Counted from the stretch's first letter, positions 41,332-56,532 are shown. The stretch: 64,000 nucleotides of DNA from Octopus vulgaris (GCA_951406725.2 OX597818.1:33418001-33482000); one strand, 5' to 3'. Numbers and translations: made by a program. The notes: generated by a model from the sequence alone, not told the origin.

Positions 41332-42011
41332 GTGCCCTGATACAGTACCAGGCAGTGGCTCTCATGGCTTCTGATCTTAACTGATTGGAAGTGTTATCAT
41401 GTACTTTGTTTGTCTTGGTATAAAAAATGGGCTACAGCAAATATTCTGCTCAATACCACAGATTATTGAGTGAAAGAGCAGTGCATGCCATCAAACTGAC
41501 ACTGGGATAAAATATATGAAGCCCAGTATACTCATCATGACTACCCGTCTGATAAGAGTACACCAGGCACATGCATCACAACCATATGTGCGGGACATGG
41601 TGATCTCATATCAAGATAAACAGCACATGACGTTGCAGGTGGGGCCCAGATAGAATTTTCTTCAGTTTGAGTAATCCATCCCGCTCAAAAGGTCCCTGAA
41701 TAAGGGTTGTTTAAGTATGTTGAACGAAACACTCACATTTCCAAAGGTGAATTATTCAAACCCCAAAGAATCCCCCTCAATACATGGCTATGATGCTCCC
41801 CCACTACTTCTGCTCGTGATCAGAGATGCACATATCGTCAGCCACTAAGGGCCATGCTCAACTGCTTGAGGTCAAACAACTGACAAGCAAATCTGTGCTA
41901 TTGAGTAGAATATTTGCTGTAGCCCATCTTTTATACCAAGACAAAACAATGTACATGATAACACTTCCAATCAGTTAAGATCAGAATCCATGAGAGCCAC
42001 ACTCTGGTACT
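41331..42011. mobile_element. ~550-bp non-coding interspersed repeat in (TAA)n with an inverted terminal duplication
   Basis: 41342-41465 is the reverse complement of ~41890-42011. Further pieces lie at 42567-42675 and 43600-43952, each beside (TAA/ATT)n. Confidence 0.75.
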
Positions 42012-42022
42012 ATTATTATTAC

Positions 42023-42077
<55 letters not shown>

Positions 42078-42144
42078 TTTCTTCTTCTTTCAAATTTGCT
42101 TCCATTTCTTGCCGGGTGTCTTCCCGACTCCTAGGGCAAAGAAA

Positions 42145-42195
<51 letters not shown>

Positions 42196-42197
<2 letters not shown>

Positions 42198-42436
42198 GAA
42201 AACTCACAGCTTATTTTGCTGGTTATGAGGGAAAGTGTTAGCTGTCCACAGCCAGCAGACTAAGGTGACAATTCTCGTCTGGTCATGCTTCAAGAACCCT
42301 GTGAAGAATTCCAAGCAACGATGATTTTTGTAGGTATTCTCCCTTCACACTTGCACCGATCTTTTTCAGCCATGTTAGTAGTTGAGTGCTGATACTACCA
42401 AGTGCTCCAATTACTATTGGTATCATGTCTACTCTC

Positions 42437-42437
<1 letters not shown>
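42196..42437 (-). mobile_element. R4/Dong-like element 3' end inserted in (TAA)n
   Basis: Minus strand MIPIVIGALGSISTQLLTWLKKIGASVKGEYLQKSSLLGILHRVLEA*, followed by a short UTR and (TAA)n. Confidence 0.75.
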
Positions 42438-42511
<74 letters not shown>

Positions 42512-42707
42512 CATTATTATCATCATTATTATTATTATTATTATTTTTATCATCACTATCATCATTAATGAGTGAGAGAGCCGTGCATGCCATCAAAGTA
42601 ACACTGGGGTAAAATATACGAAGCCCAATATACCCATCATGAATTTTCCGTCTGATAAGTGTACACCAGGCACGTATTATTACTATCAACATCATCATCA
42701 TCATCAT

Positions 42708-42740
<33 letters not shown>

Positions 42741-43512
42741 TATCATCATCATCATCACGATCTTCATTATCATCGCCTTTGGCTAAGAAGAGAAATTATC
42801 ATCACAATTAATATTATCGTTATTATTATTATTATTATTATTATAATTATTATAATTATTATTATTATTATTATTATTTTTTTTTATTATCATTATTATT
42901 ATTAATATCATTATTATTATTATTATTATTTGTATCATTATTATATGTTCTACACGAAAGCAAAACCATAAGGATTACTATTCGTTTTCTTGCCATGTAA
43001 AAAAATCACTCGGCACACCGTCTCCAAGGAAATGTTGGCACCGCTCAGGAATGTAAAAGAAATGTATTGTACATTATATTTTGCAATTCATAAGGAATAC
43101 CCGTAAATTGAATTCCAGTATTATATATACAACGAGCTCTTCTTGTCACTCATTATTATGTTGTAAATTAGAATTATAGGGTGAGGGACAAACAGAAATG
43201 ACAACAAAATCAAAGGCAATAATCATAATAATAAATTCTTTCATTAGCCACAAGGGCTCACATAATCATAATAATAATAATATTTTTCTAAGGTAGGAAA
43301 GGTCCTGAAATTTACATCCACCCCATCAATTGACTGTCATTTATCTTATTGCCCCCCAACTGAAGGATGAAAGGTAAAGTCGACTTCAGCGGAATATGAA
43401 GTCAGAACATGAGAACGCACGAATTGTCGCTAAGCTTTTCGTCTTGCATGCTAACGATTCAGCCAGCTCGCCACATTACTACAACAGCAAAAACAACAAA
43501 ACAACTATAATG

Positions 43513-43589
<77 letters not shown>

Positions 43590-46172
43590 GATAATAATAA
43601 ATGCCCTGATGCAGTACGAGACAGTGGCTCTCCTGGCTTCTGATCTTAAATGATTGGAAGTGTTATCATGTACATTGTTTTGTCTTGGTATAAAAGATGG
43701 GCTACAGCAAATATTCTGCTCAATACCACAGATTTGCTTGTCACTTGTTTGACCTTAACCAATTGACCATGTCCCTTAGTGGCTGACGATATGTGCATCT
43801 CTGACCACAAGCAGAAGTAGCGGGGAGCATCATAGCCGAGTGTTGAAAGGAATTCTTGGAGGTTTGGATAATTCACCTTTGAAAACATGGGTGTTTCGTT
43901 TAACATCCTTAAACAATACTTATTCTGGGACCTTTTGAGCGGGATGGGCTCGTGCATATAGGTACATAGCTAGACATGTTCATATAAATGATAAACTTAC
44001 GAAAGTTCTACTGAATTTTTGTTCCAGTGATGGATTGGATCTGTAGTCTTCTAATTAGTTTTAGCTTTCTCCTTTCTGGTTTTGAGAAGCCTAATTTTGC
44101 AGGATTGGTATTTAGGCAGTATATAGCATATCCCAGGGCTCCTGAACTTGTAATCTGGATAGGTAACTGCAGGTGTGTTAACATCCCCTTGGTAGCTAAT
44201 TTCGACAAGGGTGCACAGTTTCTTTTGTATGTATGTATGTATATATGTATGTATGTATGTATCTATGTATCTATATATGTATGTGTGTGTGTATGTGTAT
44301 ATGTAAATATGTATATAGGTATGTATATGCACCATACTAATCGTAGGGAGGACATAAACGACATGGAAATGTACATGAAACCCAGTTACAACTACAGCCG
44401 GCTATTACCGGTAAAGATTTTAGTTGCCAATTCTGTACAAGACTTGTAGATCTTTAGCTGGGCTAAAGAGTCAAATTCGATCACAGCACCAATAACAGTT
44501 AAGCCTCGTGTAATGGCCATACTCGATAACGAGGGGGCAGCCATCATGTATGTATGTATATGCACAAATGGATTTCGCAGAGTTTTCGTCTACTAGTTTC
44601 TGTCACAATGCATAAGACACATGCCAAATGTTCTATATACCGGGAATGAACCTAAGTTTATGTGCTTGCGAATTGAGCTCCTTAAACAAACAGGCATATT
44701 CGCACTTAATATACAAGCATATAGACAGATTGATACATACATACACACATGTATACACACATACACACATATACACACACACATATATATTCTCTTAAAA
44801 ACTTACTCTCTCCGCCTCTCTCTCTCCTCTATTTCTGTCTATCTTGTCGCTAACTTTTCAATAGTTATCTAATTCGTTTAATTTCGTGTTACACTTTGCA
44901 CCAGGAAGTAAAACGTTGTGATTGCCTCATGCACATTCAGAGATACTCAAAATTGCTTGCAGAAACACTGCCCACCCAATATGTGTATCCGTGTGTATGT
45001 ACGTGTACATACATGCATAGGTAATTATTTAAAATCAACCTTATAGTACAAATAAATACGAATATACGATTTTGTTTATGTTTCCAAGCGTCCGTGCATC
45101 TACAAGGCGGATTTATTTATGACCCACACACAGAAACCTCAAACTTGCGCATGGAGGTCAGCTGCAATGTGAACCTTTCCATGCACTTGAGATTCTACTA
45201 AAGATGAACGCAACATTTGTTTACCACATTAATAATACGTTTCGCTTTTAATTGGTTGTGGTTTTACGATGAGGTAAGGGCATTTCTATGTTTGGTAATA
45301 ACACGTTTTATACCCGATCACAATGAAACTAATGTCCAGTTTATTTGAGAAAAACATTTCTAGCTTAAGCGTGGAACGAATGAAATTTTTACGAAGTTGT
45401 AAAGTTTTATTAAGTTTTGCCTCACAAGTTCCTCATCGCTTTTGAGGTTATCAATTTAATCTAATATATAACGAACCAATTCCAGATTATTGCATTGACC
45501 TTTACTCTTAGTTTTCATCCATGCTTATGAGATTCAATGAAGAGAGAAAGAGTGACAGAGACAGAGAGAGAAGATGAGGAGATAGATGAAACAAGATGCA
45601 GAGACATACATCAAGAACGAAAGACAGAGAAGAAGAAAAAGAGCCGAAAAAGAATAAGGAGAAATCTTCTATAATCGTTATTATCATATAAAAACTTCAT
45701 CGAGGAAAGAAAATGTCGACCAGCTAAGATGCGTTTATCTGTATTTTACTGGAGGGTATGTTATAACACAGGGTGTTGTATTGATAAATATTGCGCCATG
45801 ATAAAATCGAATTTCCAATAACCATTTCTTCCTATCTAATTCAAAATTCCTGACACCCACACTCACTGTCTCCTTCCCACTCTCTCACTCAGTGCATACA
45901 TACATGCAAGCACACAAAATCAGGCGAAAACACGCCCAAAGACATACACATATACATTTTGTGTATATGTGTGTGTGTATTGATTTATAAATACGTATGA
46001 TTTGTGTGGATCACTGTGCTCTAAGTGTCAGTATGTTCTAGATTTGTGTCAAAATACACCAGAGATTCAGAAAAGTATGTACCAATCGTAAAATTCTGTA
46101 TTTGAAAAACTCTCACTAAACCTTGAAAACTTAGAATAGTAGAAGACAGACAGACAGACAGAAAAACAGATG

Positions 46173-46238
<66 letters not shown>

Positions 46239-46283
46239 CGTAAGGCTTCAATTAGTACAGTTCCAAACACTCTGTATGCACGT

Positions 46284-46571
46284 GTAGGGCACGGCCTACG
46301 AACTCATAACAGACGAACCGTAGACAGGGACATTCATTGCGAGCTAGCTAGCGAGATGGGCCGCAGAGAAGGGACTTGCGGTAATTGGTAAAGGTGACTG
46401 GATGATTAACGTACGGCACAGCCCATGAACTGATAGCAGACGAACTGTAGACAGGGATCTTCACTGCGGAGGTCATATTTCCGGTTAGGCGGTAAAGAAG
46501 ACTGGGGGCTTATTGTAGGGCACTGCCCATGAACTCATAGCGTACACATTGTACACAGGGACCTTCACACG
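46284..46571 (+). repeat. Three degenerate ~58-bp repeats in a diverged tandem array
   Basis: Units at 46284, 46411 and 46515 (gtagggcac.gccc/tatgaactcatagc...gtagacaggga). Confidence 0.75.
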
Positions 46572-46633
46572 TACATTTGTCCATAATATTCGCATACGGA
46601 GATGCATGCTAATATAGCAGTCAAATATATATG

Positions 46634-46670
<37 letters not shown>

Positions 46671-47074
46671 GCACGAGCGTTAGCGTGTATGAAAAGTTTT
46701 GTACCATGTTTTGTTTTTTTGAGGCTCAAGACTTTTCATACACCCTTCGTGTGCGTATATATGTATACGTATACATACATACAAACATTTATGCACACAC
46801 AATATACCTGTAAATTATTGGGGCTCCGGGATATGTGACACACTGCCTATATACTAATCTTCAGAAATTAGGCTTCTCAAAACCAGAAAGTTGATTCGAA
46901 GAATATAGATCCCGGTCATCACTGAAACCAGAAAATCAGTAAAACTTCCCAGTATTTTATCATTTAAGTATATATGATCATCTTTAGATATGCAACTATA
47001 TGCATGAGGATAAATACATAAAACAAAGCATGCAAATTTGCACATATACATACATACATACATACATACATACA

Positions 47075-47105
<31 letters not shown>

Positions 47106-47486
47106 TTGCATACATACAGAGATTTAAAGAGAAACAGTCCGGCATTTAAATCCGTACTCGTATGTGTGTACATATGTACATATGTATGCCTTTATGTATG
47201 TATGTATGTATGTATGTATGTATGTATGTATGTATGTATGTATGCATGCACGTATACGTGACTGTGATTTCGTCTGTGTGTGACTTCTATTTACGTACAT
47301 TAGATGAATACGAATTAACGTACATAAGTCATATTTTATTTAAAGAACATACATATGCAAAGCGTTCCCTTCATGTGTATCCCATAATCGTCTCTCACAT
47401 TTTCTCCCTTTCTCCTCCTTTCCCAGTGTCATATTTCTCTCTCAATGTGTCAGTCTTTCTTTCGCTATCTCTTTCTATCTCTCTCA

Positions 47487-47554
<68 letters not shown>

Positions 47555-47790
47555 CTATCTCTCACACACTACATGAATGAATGTATGTTTGTATATATGT
47601 ATTTGTGTATATATATATATGTATATATATATATATTTATATATAAACATGCATGTATGTATCTATCTTTGTATATACGTACGTATTTATGTATGCATGT
47701 ATGTATATACACACACGGACGCACACACAGGCACGCACGCATACACACATATATCCATTTACATACATATATATATATGTATGTATCTTC

Positions 47791-47826
<36 letters not shown>

Positions 47827-47829
47827 AGC

Positions 47830-47890
<61 letters not shown>

Positions 47891-49867
47891 GTATACGTAT
47901 CTCTAAAGAAATCGATTTGTGTTCTGTTCGATAGGGCATGATAATATAAAGAAAGATTATATTTTGTGCGGACTAGAGTTACAATTACACACACACACAC
48001 ACTCACTCACACAGACACACACACTCACTAACACACATACACACCCAAACAGACACTCATACATATAACCTTATAGACACACGTATGGTTACGCTGAAAC
48101 GCATAAAGGAACAAAACCCACACACACATATTACTACACATGCACATACACACATCCAATGCAAGCTTGCTGATAAATAAACAAAACAAGTGGCAATTCT
48201 TAACTTCATACCGTGACCTCGTTCGTTGAACCGAAGACACATTAATTTCCTGTTTTATTCTCTTTCAGCGCTATCGACAGAATATATAAAGTCGTTGGTT
48301 GGGTTATTCAATATTTTCCAAGAATATCAACACAAATCTGGCAATGATTGTTTGGAACCTATCTCGATTAGAAACAACATATAGATGAGTGTAGTAATAA
48401 CATGAAATTGCCATTGTGTCTATTGTGTTTGCAAGGGTGGGGGAACAGTACTGCTATTTTAAGACATATCTACTTTAAGCTCCTTGAAAGTAAATATTTT
48501 CTCACTGTTAGGACGGACAAGTTTTCGAAAGACGTTAGGAAGTTTTCAGAGTTCAGTTGATTGCTATATATTATGAAGGAAAATACTTGCTGTTATAATA
48601 TAACAAAACGTAAAGCAATAAGGAAATTTGTTCGTGATCGCGCTACATGCTAGATATAGAACTGTAAACCCCTCATCTATAACACCCATTATCTTCCAGA
48701 ACAAAAGGGTACAGCAGAAAACATAATTATGCTTGAATTATATATAAAGACGTTGCGTTCAGGTTTTGGAAGGAATATGAACATAGGTGGGAAATTAAAA
48801 TACAAGACAAAAAAATATGCTCCAAAAGCAACAATAGCAACAACAACAACCATAGCAGCAACATCAATAACAACAAAGCCGCAAAATGCGTACTTGCAAC
48901 TATTTAAGCGCCAACGGCTAATCAATGTTCTAGAATTAGCAGTTAAATTTCTGTCTCTAATCAAATAATACTGTCTTCATAAATAACAGAGACATTCACT
49001 CATAATCTAGATATACGAAGTTTTGAGAGAACAGAAATATCAAACACCAGACTTGGAAGTTTTATGCCGCTGCATAATAATGGTTTCATATATACATACA
49101 TACATACATACATACATACATACATACATACATACAAATTGTGTACGATTCCATTGTTCGTTGCATTATTTCATTCTTTCCTTCTTTCTTTCAGTCCTTT
49201 CACACTTCGTTCATTCTACTCTTCGTTCTTTCGTTGCCCCTCTCTCATATCTCCTGGCCTTCTATTCATACTCACTTTCCCTCTTTCACTTCACTTCACT
49301 GTATCTCTTTCATTTTCTCTCGCCCCTCCTTAATTCTTCTATCCCTCTGCCTCTGCCTCTCTCACTCTTCTCTCCCCACGTGACCGGTGTTCGGCAAGGC
49401 CTGACCTTTCTTGGTTGGACTACTCTCCGTGCAATATCTATATTCCTTCTTGTGCTCATTAAATCCTATGTCCCTGCCGCAAGGCTTTACTTCCACACAC
49501 GCCAGCTAAATTCAATTCGTCCTTAGTCGAAAGGCACCTGTTGTTATGTCCTGTTATTTATATTTGTGTAACATTTCTGTTTTTTTTCCATCGTTGTTTC
49601 GTATACATTCGCTGATATCTTCCAAGGAATGTAATGCTCTTAGCTTATTTTTCCTTGGGGCTGGCCAGATTGGAGCAATCTCGAGTATAACCAGCTGAAA
49701 TTGCAAAGATAATCTGGAACTCGACTGAGGATAGAAACCTCCAAATGATCCGTTCTAGTTTTCCCTGTATCGTCTGTCTGGATATTTTGTTTTCCTTTTT
49801 TTGTTTCACCTAATTGTCTGGATGATTTGCATTCTTGTCCCATTTTTGTATTATATATATATATACA

Positions 49868-49921
<54 letters not shown>

Positions 49922-49939
49922 CAAAACCATATATATATA

Positions 49940-50009
<70 letters not shown>

Positions 50010-50065
50010 TATAAAATTGATTCAAGAAAGTTTGGATTTATTACTAATATTTATTATTATTATTA

Positions 50066-50164
<99 letters not shown>

Positions 50165-50630
50165 GGAGAATGAAGAATTTGAACATTCAAACGTTATGTT
50201 TAATTACAGTTGGTTTATTCATAATAATTGTCCGATGCTTAATTCGATCGCATTTATTGCATATTGTTGCATTCTTATATGCAGCGATTTATGCATTATT
50301 AGTACGATCTATTCAGGGTGTATAAATATGACATTGTTGGAAGAGGAATTTTCCTCCGTTTTTAGTAGTAAACCATGACGTTCATCGATGAGCTATTTTC
50401 CACAACTGATTGTTTGGGTAAAATTCAGCAGCACCGTCAGCAGTGTTTATTGAAGTTCGCGAATTTCTTTGGTCTGTTGGGAAATGGTTATTTATAGAAT
50501 GCTTTTATTTTGAATGATTCTACATTCTTTATAGTCACATGGTCGTTTCATGCATTTCAGAGTTGGTTATACTTTTTGATTTTTTTGGTGAAAGCTATTA
50601 ATAGTAATTGTGGATAATTACTAGACAGTA

Positions 50631-51037
50631 GGCGCAGGAGTGGCTGTGTGGTAAGTAGCTTGCTAACCAACCACATGGTTCCGGGTTCAGTCCTACTGCG
50701 TGGCACCTTGGGCAAGTGTCTTCTGCTATAGCCCCGGGCCGACCAATGCCTTGTGAGTGGATTTGGTAGACGGAAACTGAAAGAAGCCTCTCGTATATAT
50801 ATATATGTGTGTGTGTTTGTGTGTCTGCGTTTGTCCCCCCTAGCGTTGATTGACAACCTATGCTGGTGTGTTTACGTCCCCGTCACTTAGCGGTTCGGCA
50901 AAAGAGACCGATAGAATAAGTACTGGGCTTACAAAGAATAAGTCCTGGGGTCGATTTGCTCGACTAAAGGCGGTGCTCCAGCATGGCCGCAATCAAATGA
51001 CTGAAACAAGTAAGAGAGTAAAAGAGTACAGAGAGAG
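50631..51037 (+). mobile_element. SINE family A, full length
   Basis: Intact head and tail; tagaca on both flanks may be a TSD remnant. Confidence 0.9.
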
Positions 51038-52350
51038 TAGACATAGGCACAACGTGACTAATAAAAAGTAGTCAGTATAATAAAGACGCATATAAAGAAT
51101 ATAAGGACAGAATTCAATTTACAAGATTATATAAAATACGATCTATAAACATTAAAATAAGTTAGAAAATTTTTTACTTACATTTGACTTGTAAAAGAAG
51201 AGAGAATGTAAACCAGAATTGTTTCTATGCGTTACTAACAGTTGCTAGTTGATAAGTTTTCTATGTTATAGATATAATGGTATTTCTATATTATACTTAT
51301 TTTATTTATTGTTTTATAAATATTATATAAATATGACCCAGCTAGGAAAAGAAGGAGAGGAGGAGGAGAGGAGGAGGAGGAGGAGGAGGAGAGGAGGAGG
51401 AGGAACATATGTACAACATTCCAGCTGCAGATTTCAAGAAATCATAAAGGAATTGAACCAGCAATAGTGGAATCTGATATACCGTGACGAAGTCCATATT
51501 CTTTGATCGGAGGTGATGTGATGCTATGAAAAACTGCTAATAAGAGTTGAGAAACGGAGTTCTTGAAGGAGTTGAGTGAGAGGACAAATGGCAAGGTTGG
51601 ATCGTCTGGCCTACGAAGTCACTCAGCGCAGTACTGTTCTGTATTGCTGAGCTCTGAGCATATCACTAAAGGCTGTTGTTGCGTTTGGAAGAGGTTCAGT
51701 TACTGATTACATGCAAGTGTCTCTCCCTATCTCTTTTCTTAAACATATACACACTAGAAATTCATAGAAATACGTAGAATAGAAATGATATTGCAAATTA
51801 AAGGGGTTAAAGTATAGTATTACAAAAGCATTACTTTTCTTCGACCCTTTTAATTCATATTATTTCTTTTCCACATAAAAAATATATACATTTGTTTTTT
51901 GCATTTCATCTCTTTAATATATTTTAAATATTTACCCGTCTAACATGCTTGCCCCTACATTTAATTCTCTACACGCTTAGTGTATTCTATACAGCAAGTA
52001 TCTGATTCTTATCTATGAACTATATACACACGCACACATTCACACAAACATAAACATAAACATGACGGGCTTCTTTCAGTTTCCCTCAACCAAATCCACT
52101 CACAAGACTTTGGTCGACTGGAGGCTATAATAGAAGAAACTTGCCCAAGATCCCATGCAGTGGGACTGAATCCAGAACTATGAGGTCGGGAAGCATGCTT
52201 CTTACCACACAGCCACTCCTATATCTATACAGATCACACATACATCTATATACAGACACACAGAAGCGTACACGCTCACACATGCATATACAAACACACA
52301 AACTTCTGTGAGTGTCTGTGTGTGTTGGGGCGTATATATACATATGTCAC

Positions 52351-52656
52351 ACGTGATCACGTGACCGACCAGGCTATCATATGTTGCTACACATCGCTGG
52401 TCACAATGCTCTTCGCATTGCTTTAGCCTTCAAATGACGCCACCCCGCTGGCTAAGCGAACAGGCCAACAGAAGAAAGAGTGAGAGAAAGTTGTGGTGAA
52501 AGAGTACAGCAGGGATCGCCACCACCCCCTGCCGGAGACTCGTGGAGCTATAGGTGTTTTCGCTCAATAAACACTCAGAACGCCCAATCTGGGAATCGAA
52601 ACCGCGATCCTACGACCGTGAGTCCGCTGCCCTAACCACTGGGCCATTGCGTCTCC
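52351..52656 (-). mobile_element. SINE family C
   Basis: Same head as 15742-16040. Confidence 0.88.
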
Positions 52657-53354
52657 ATATACATATGTAGGGCGTGCAAATAGATTTTTGAGTCAACTAA
52701 AATTGTACACAAAGGTAAAACAGCAGTGTTAATGGAAGTTTATCTCAAACGAAGAAAAGTAGAGAATTCCTAGAAATGTACACAAGTGCACACACACACA
52801 TACATATATACATATATACATACATACACACATACATACATATATACATAAAATTACCTTATGTACGTGTGTGAGTGTGTGCGCGCATGTGGGTATGCGT
52901 GCGTGTTTGTTCATATATTTATCTAGGCTTATGGCTAATAGTATAGACATAGCTTTAAAGATTCTTACAGAAAGACATATATCACTAAATCCAGGCAGGC
53001 GAATGCAGAGATAGACAAAGATATATACGTATATATGTATGTATGTACGTATGTATGTATGTATGTTGTGTATGTATATCTATGCCCGTTTTTGTGTGTG
53101 CATTAAATATAAATGTATACACACTCACGTTTATACATACACACATATATGCACACATATGTTTACCTATATACACAGAAACATACACATGTATGTATGT
53201 ATATACGTTTTTGTGTGTTTGCCTTTGTGTCTGTCTCTTTTGATATAATTTAGTATCATTTCGTTTAATCAGTGAACACGAATTAGTAAAGGACCACCCA
53301 TACAGCAAGTCTGTAGTTTCAAAGGAAAGGAAACGAACAGGAACAACTCTGCAT

Positions 53355-54210
53355 CAACATCATCATCCTCACGACGACGACCACCACCACCACCGCCATC
53401 ATCATCATCATCATCGTCATCATCATCACCCTCATTCTCAACTCTATCAGCCATACTTTTGTATCCATCATATTCATCGATTTCATTGTCGTTGTTATTA
53501 TCACTGATATTCCCGCCGTCCCATTTTACCACAACTCTCTATTAGCAAGTTTCCACACCATCAGCAGCAGCAACCGCAGCATCATTAGAAACCGTTATGT
53601 TATTTTTTATCATTTCCATCTTGATCGTCTTCATCATCACCATACCCATCCTCATCATCATTATCTTCATCACCCTCATCATCTTCAGCCTCATCATCAC
53701 CATCATCATCATCATCATCATCATCAACATCCTCATCATCATATTATCATCATCTTTATAATCATCATTATCATCCTCATCATCATCATCATCACACCAT
53801 CCTGGCTGCCATTGTCCGATTCCTCGTCATCTTCATCAGTTTTATCACTACTCATACCCGCCTCCCAACTACGTCCCACCTTACTATCCCACACCATCGT
53901 CATCATCAGCATCACATCATCATGGCTGCCATTGTCCACATCCTTGTCCCACATTACTATCCCCACCATCGTCATCATCTGAATCAACATTACGTTAATC
54001 ATCGTTGTTGTGCGAACATATATATATATATATATATTAATGTCATCATGAACCTAATCAACATAAATGAAGACATCATTCACATTTTTGCATCTACCAA
54101 TGATGACAAAACCAAAAATTAGTACCATCATCATCATTGTCACCGTCGTCGTCGTCGCCGCCGCCGTCGTCGTCGCCGCTGCCGTCGTCAGGATCATCAT
54201 CATGATTATG
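53355..54210. repeat. Degenerate (CAT)n/(CGT)n low-complexity region
   Basis: Direct reading; explains the poly-M/D/H ORFs. Confidence 0.85.
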
Positions 54211-54521
54211 ATCAACATATCATTATTATTTCTACTACCAACAATCAAACAGCCTCACTATAATTACCATCAATGTCACCATCTTCATTATCATCTGTAT
54301 GTCTATATATCTATTTTCTATCAATGATCTATCAATGTATGTGTGCGTGCGTGTGTGTGCGTGTATGTATGAATGTTTGTATATTATGTATATATATATA
54401 TATTTATCTATTTAGGTATCTATCTATTTATCTCTCTCTCTAAATATATATATCCAAATATACACATATATGTATCCATATGTGCATATATATGTGTGTG
54501 TTTGTAAGTGTGTGTATGTGT

Positions 54522-54578
<57 letters not shown>

Positions 54579-54676
54579 TAGTGAAAAATTACAAAAACAA
54601 ACAGAAGACGAAGACGGGTGTGTAAACAACAAACAGAGGTATTAGTTTAACGCTCGGGAAGTGAGAACGTCTTTTA
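54579..54676 (-). mobile_element. Fragment of the 11405-11582 pseudo-LTR-like family
   Basis: Reverse complement taaaagacgttctcacttcccgagcgttaaactaatacctctgtttgttgtttacacacccgtcttc matches 11486-11582. Confidence 0.8.
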
Positions 54677-54766
54677 TACACACACACGCACAAACACACG
54701 CACACACCCACACACACATGCTCACACACACACACACACACATACCTATATATGCATATATACATA

Positions 54767-54800
<34 letters not shown>

Positions 54801-54802
54801 AG

Positions 54803-55560
54803 CTCAGATATGTTCCGACCAAAAATTCGTCCAGGCCAAGTCTAACATATAGCACCACCTGATAGGATTAGCTAAATCCATTTTAAGTCAAGTTTTGGGG
54901 TATTATGGTCCATTCGAGTAGGGTGTTCTTGTTGAGTGAGTTGTATTCAGGTATAAATGGATTACCTGGTATTACTTGAAGAAATTTGTTCAGATTCCGT
55001 CTAGAGGTAATGGGATCCTTTTCTTCTTTGATCTGTTCCGAGACAATGTAAAATGTGTTGTGATCCTGAACTGGGTCGGGCACGTATGGCCCGTGTTCCT
55101 AACCTTGGATGAATTTTGAAGCTAATGTTGAAGTCGTTTCAGCAATGCTGGTGGTATATTCTCAACATCGTGCAAATAATGTATCGTTCATAGTGGCGCT
55201 GGAGTTTCAATGCTTTAATGCTGTCCCAGTAATCGAGAACAATCATGCCCTTAATTATTTTAGTGAGTGCCCTCTGGGGTGATTCAATTTTCGAGATCAT
55301 TTGTTGTGTATAGGGAGAATCATGGGGCAGTAGTATTCAAAGTGTGGCCGTACGAAGGAGGTGAAATGTGGAAAGATGAAACATTGTTCTCTGGTCCGGA
55401 AGCTTCTTAGGATCCAGGAGTTCATCCTACGAGCTTTATCGACCTTATTGTTGATGTGGACACTCCGAGTGAGGTTGTTATCAACAATTACTCCTGGATC
55501 TCTGATATTATAAGATGATGTAAAATATTCCGCTCAAGAGGAAGGGTTCCCCAGAGAGTA
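54803..55560 (-). mobile_element. CR1/Jockey-group LINE 3' fragment (same family as 36010-36746)
   Basis: Shared segments such as cactccgagtgag/gagtgtccacatcaacaataaggtcgata, the DYWD motif and the 3' UTR. Confidence 0.75.
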
Positions 55561-55573
55561 TGGCTATTTTAGC

Positions 55574-55606
<33 letters not shown>

Positions 55607-56229
55607 TCCTGCGCCTGACAGCCACTCCTGCGCCAGACAGCCACACCTGCGCCTGTGCTTGTATATGTGGGCCTACGTGTGTGTGTGTGCGTGTGTTTGT
55701 GCGCGTGTGTGTGCGCGCGTGTGTGTGTGTGTATGATCATCACATTCACATGATCAAGAATTTGAGACAGAACAAGACGCGAAATTTCCAATGTGATGTA
55801 TTTGTCTAAATTTTTCTATATGCCATCTTCCGGGCTTGTTATTTCCAGACAATTGTTGTTGGTTTTGTTGTTGTATTTGTTGTTGTTGCTGTCTCTGTTT
55901 GCGATACAGACGCTGTTTATTTGTTTTATTACATAGGAAACATATTTGCTTTGCTTTCCTTAATGTTCCATCTTATTTTTTGTTTGCTTTATTTTCTCTT
56001 TGTTGTTCACTTGTACACAACCACACGCATACACACACGCACGCACACACACATATACACAAACACACACACATACACAGACACACACATTCATATATAT
56101 ATATATATAATATATAATTGTTCGTTTATTTATGGTGGCTAGACTTATTCCGTTCTTGAAAAATCTAACGGAAATAGGAGCTACCACACCTCAGGCTGCT
56201 GCTCTTTGTGCTGCTATACCTTCTGATGC

Positions 56230-56247
56230 TGCTACTACTATTACTAT

Positions 56248-56294
<47 letters not shown>

Positions 56295-56372
56295 TTACTT
56301 CGACGACGACGACGACGACAACGACGACGACGACGACGACAACGACGACGACGACTACAAATAATAATAATA

Positions 56373-56403
<31 letters not shown>

Positions 56404-56420
56404 TGATAATAATAATAATG

Positions 56421-56457
<37 letters not shown>

Positions 56458-56471
56458 TAATAATAATAATG

Positions 56472-56532
<61 letters not shown>

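Noticed and set aside
46284-46571. CRISPR-like array
   Set aside because: Repeats are degenerate, spacers are unequal and partly homologous, there are no cas genes, and the context is eukaryotic.
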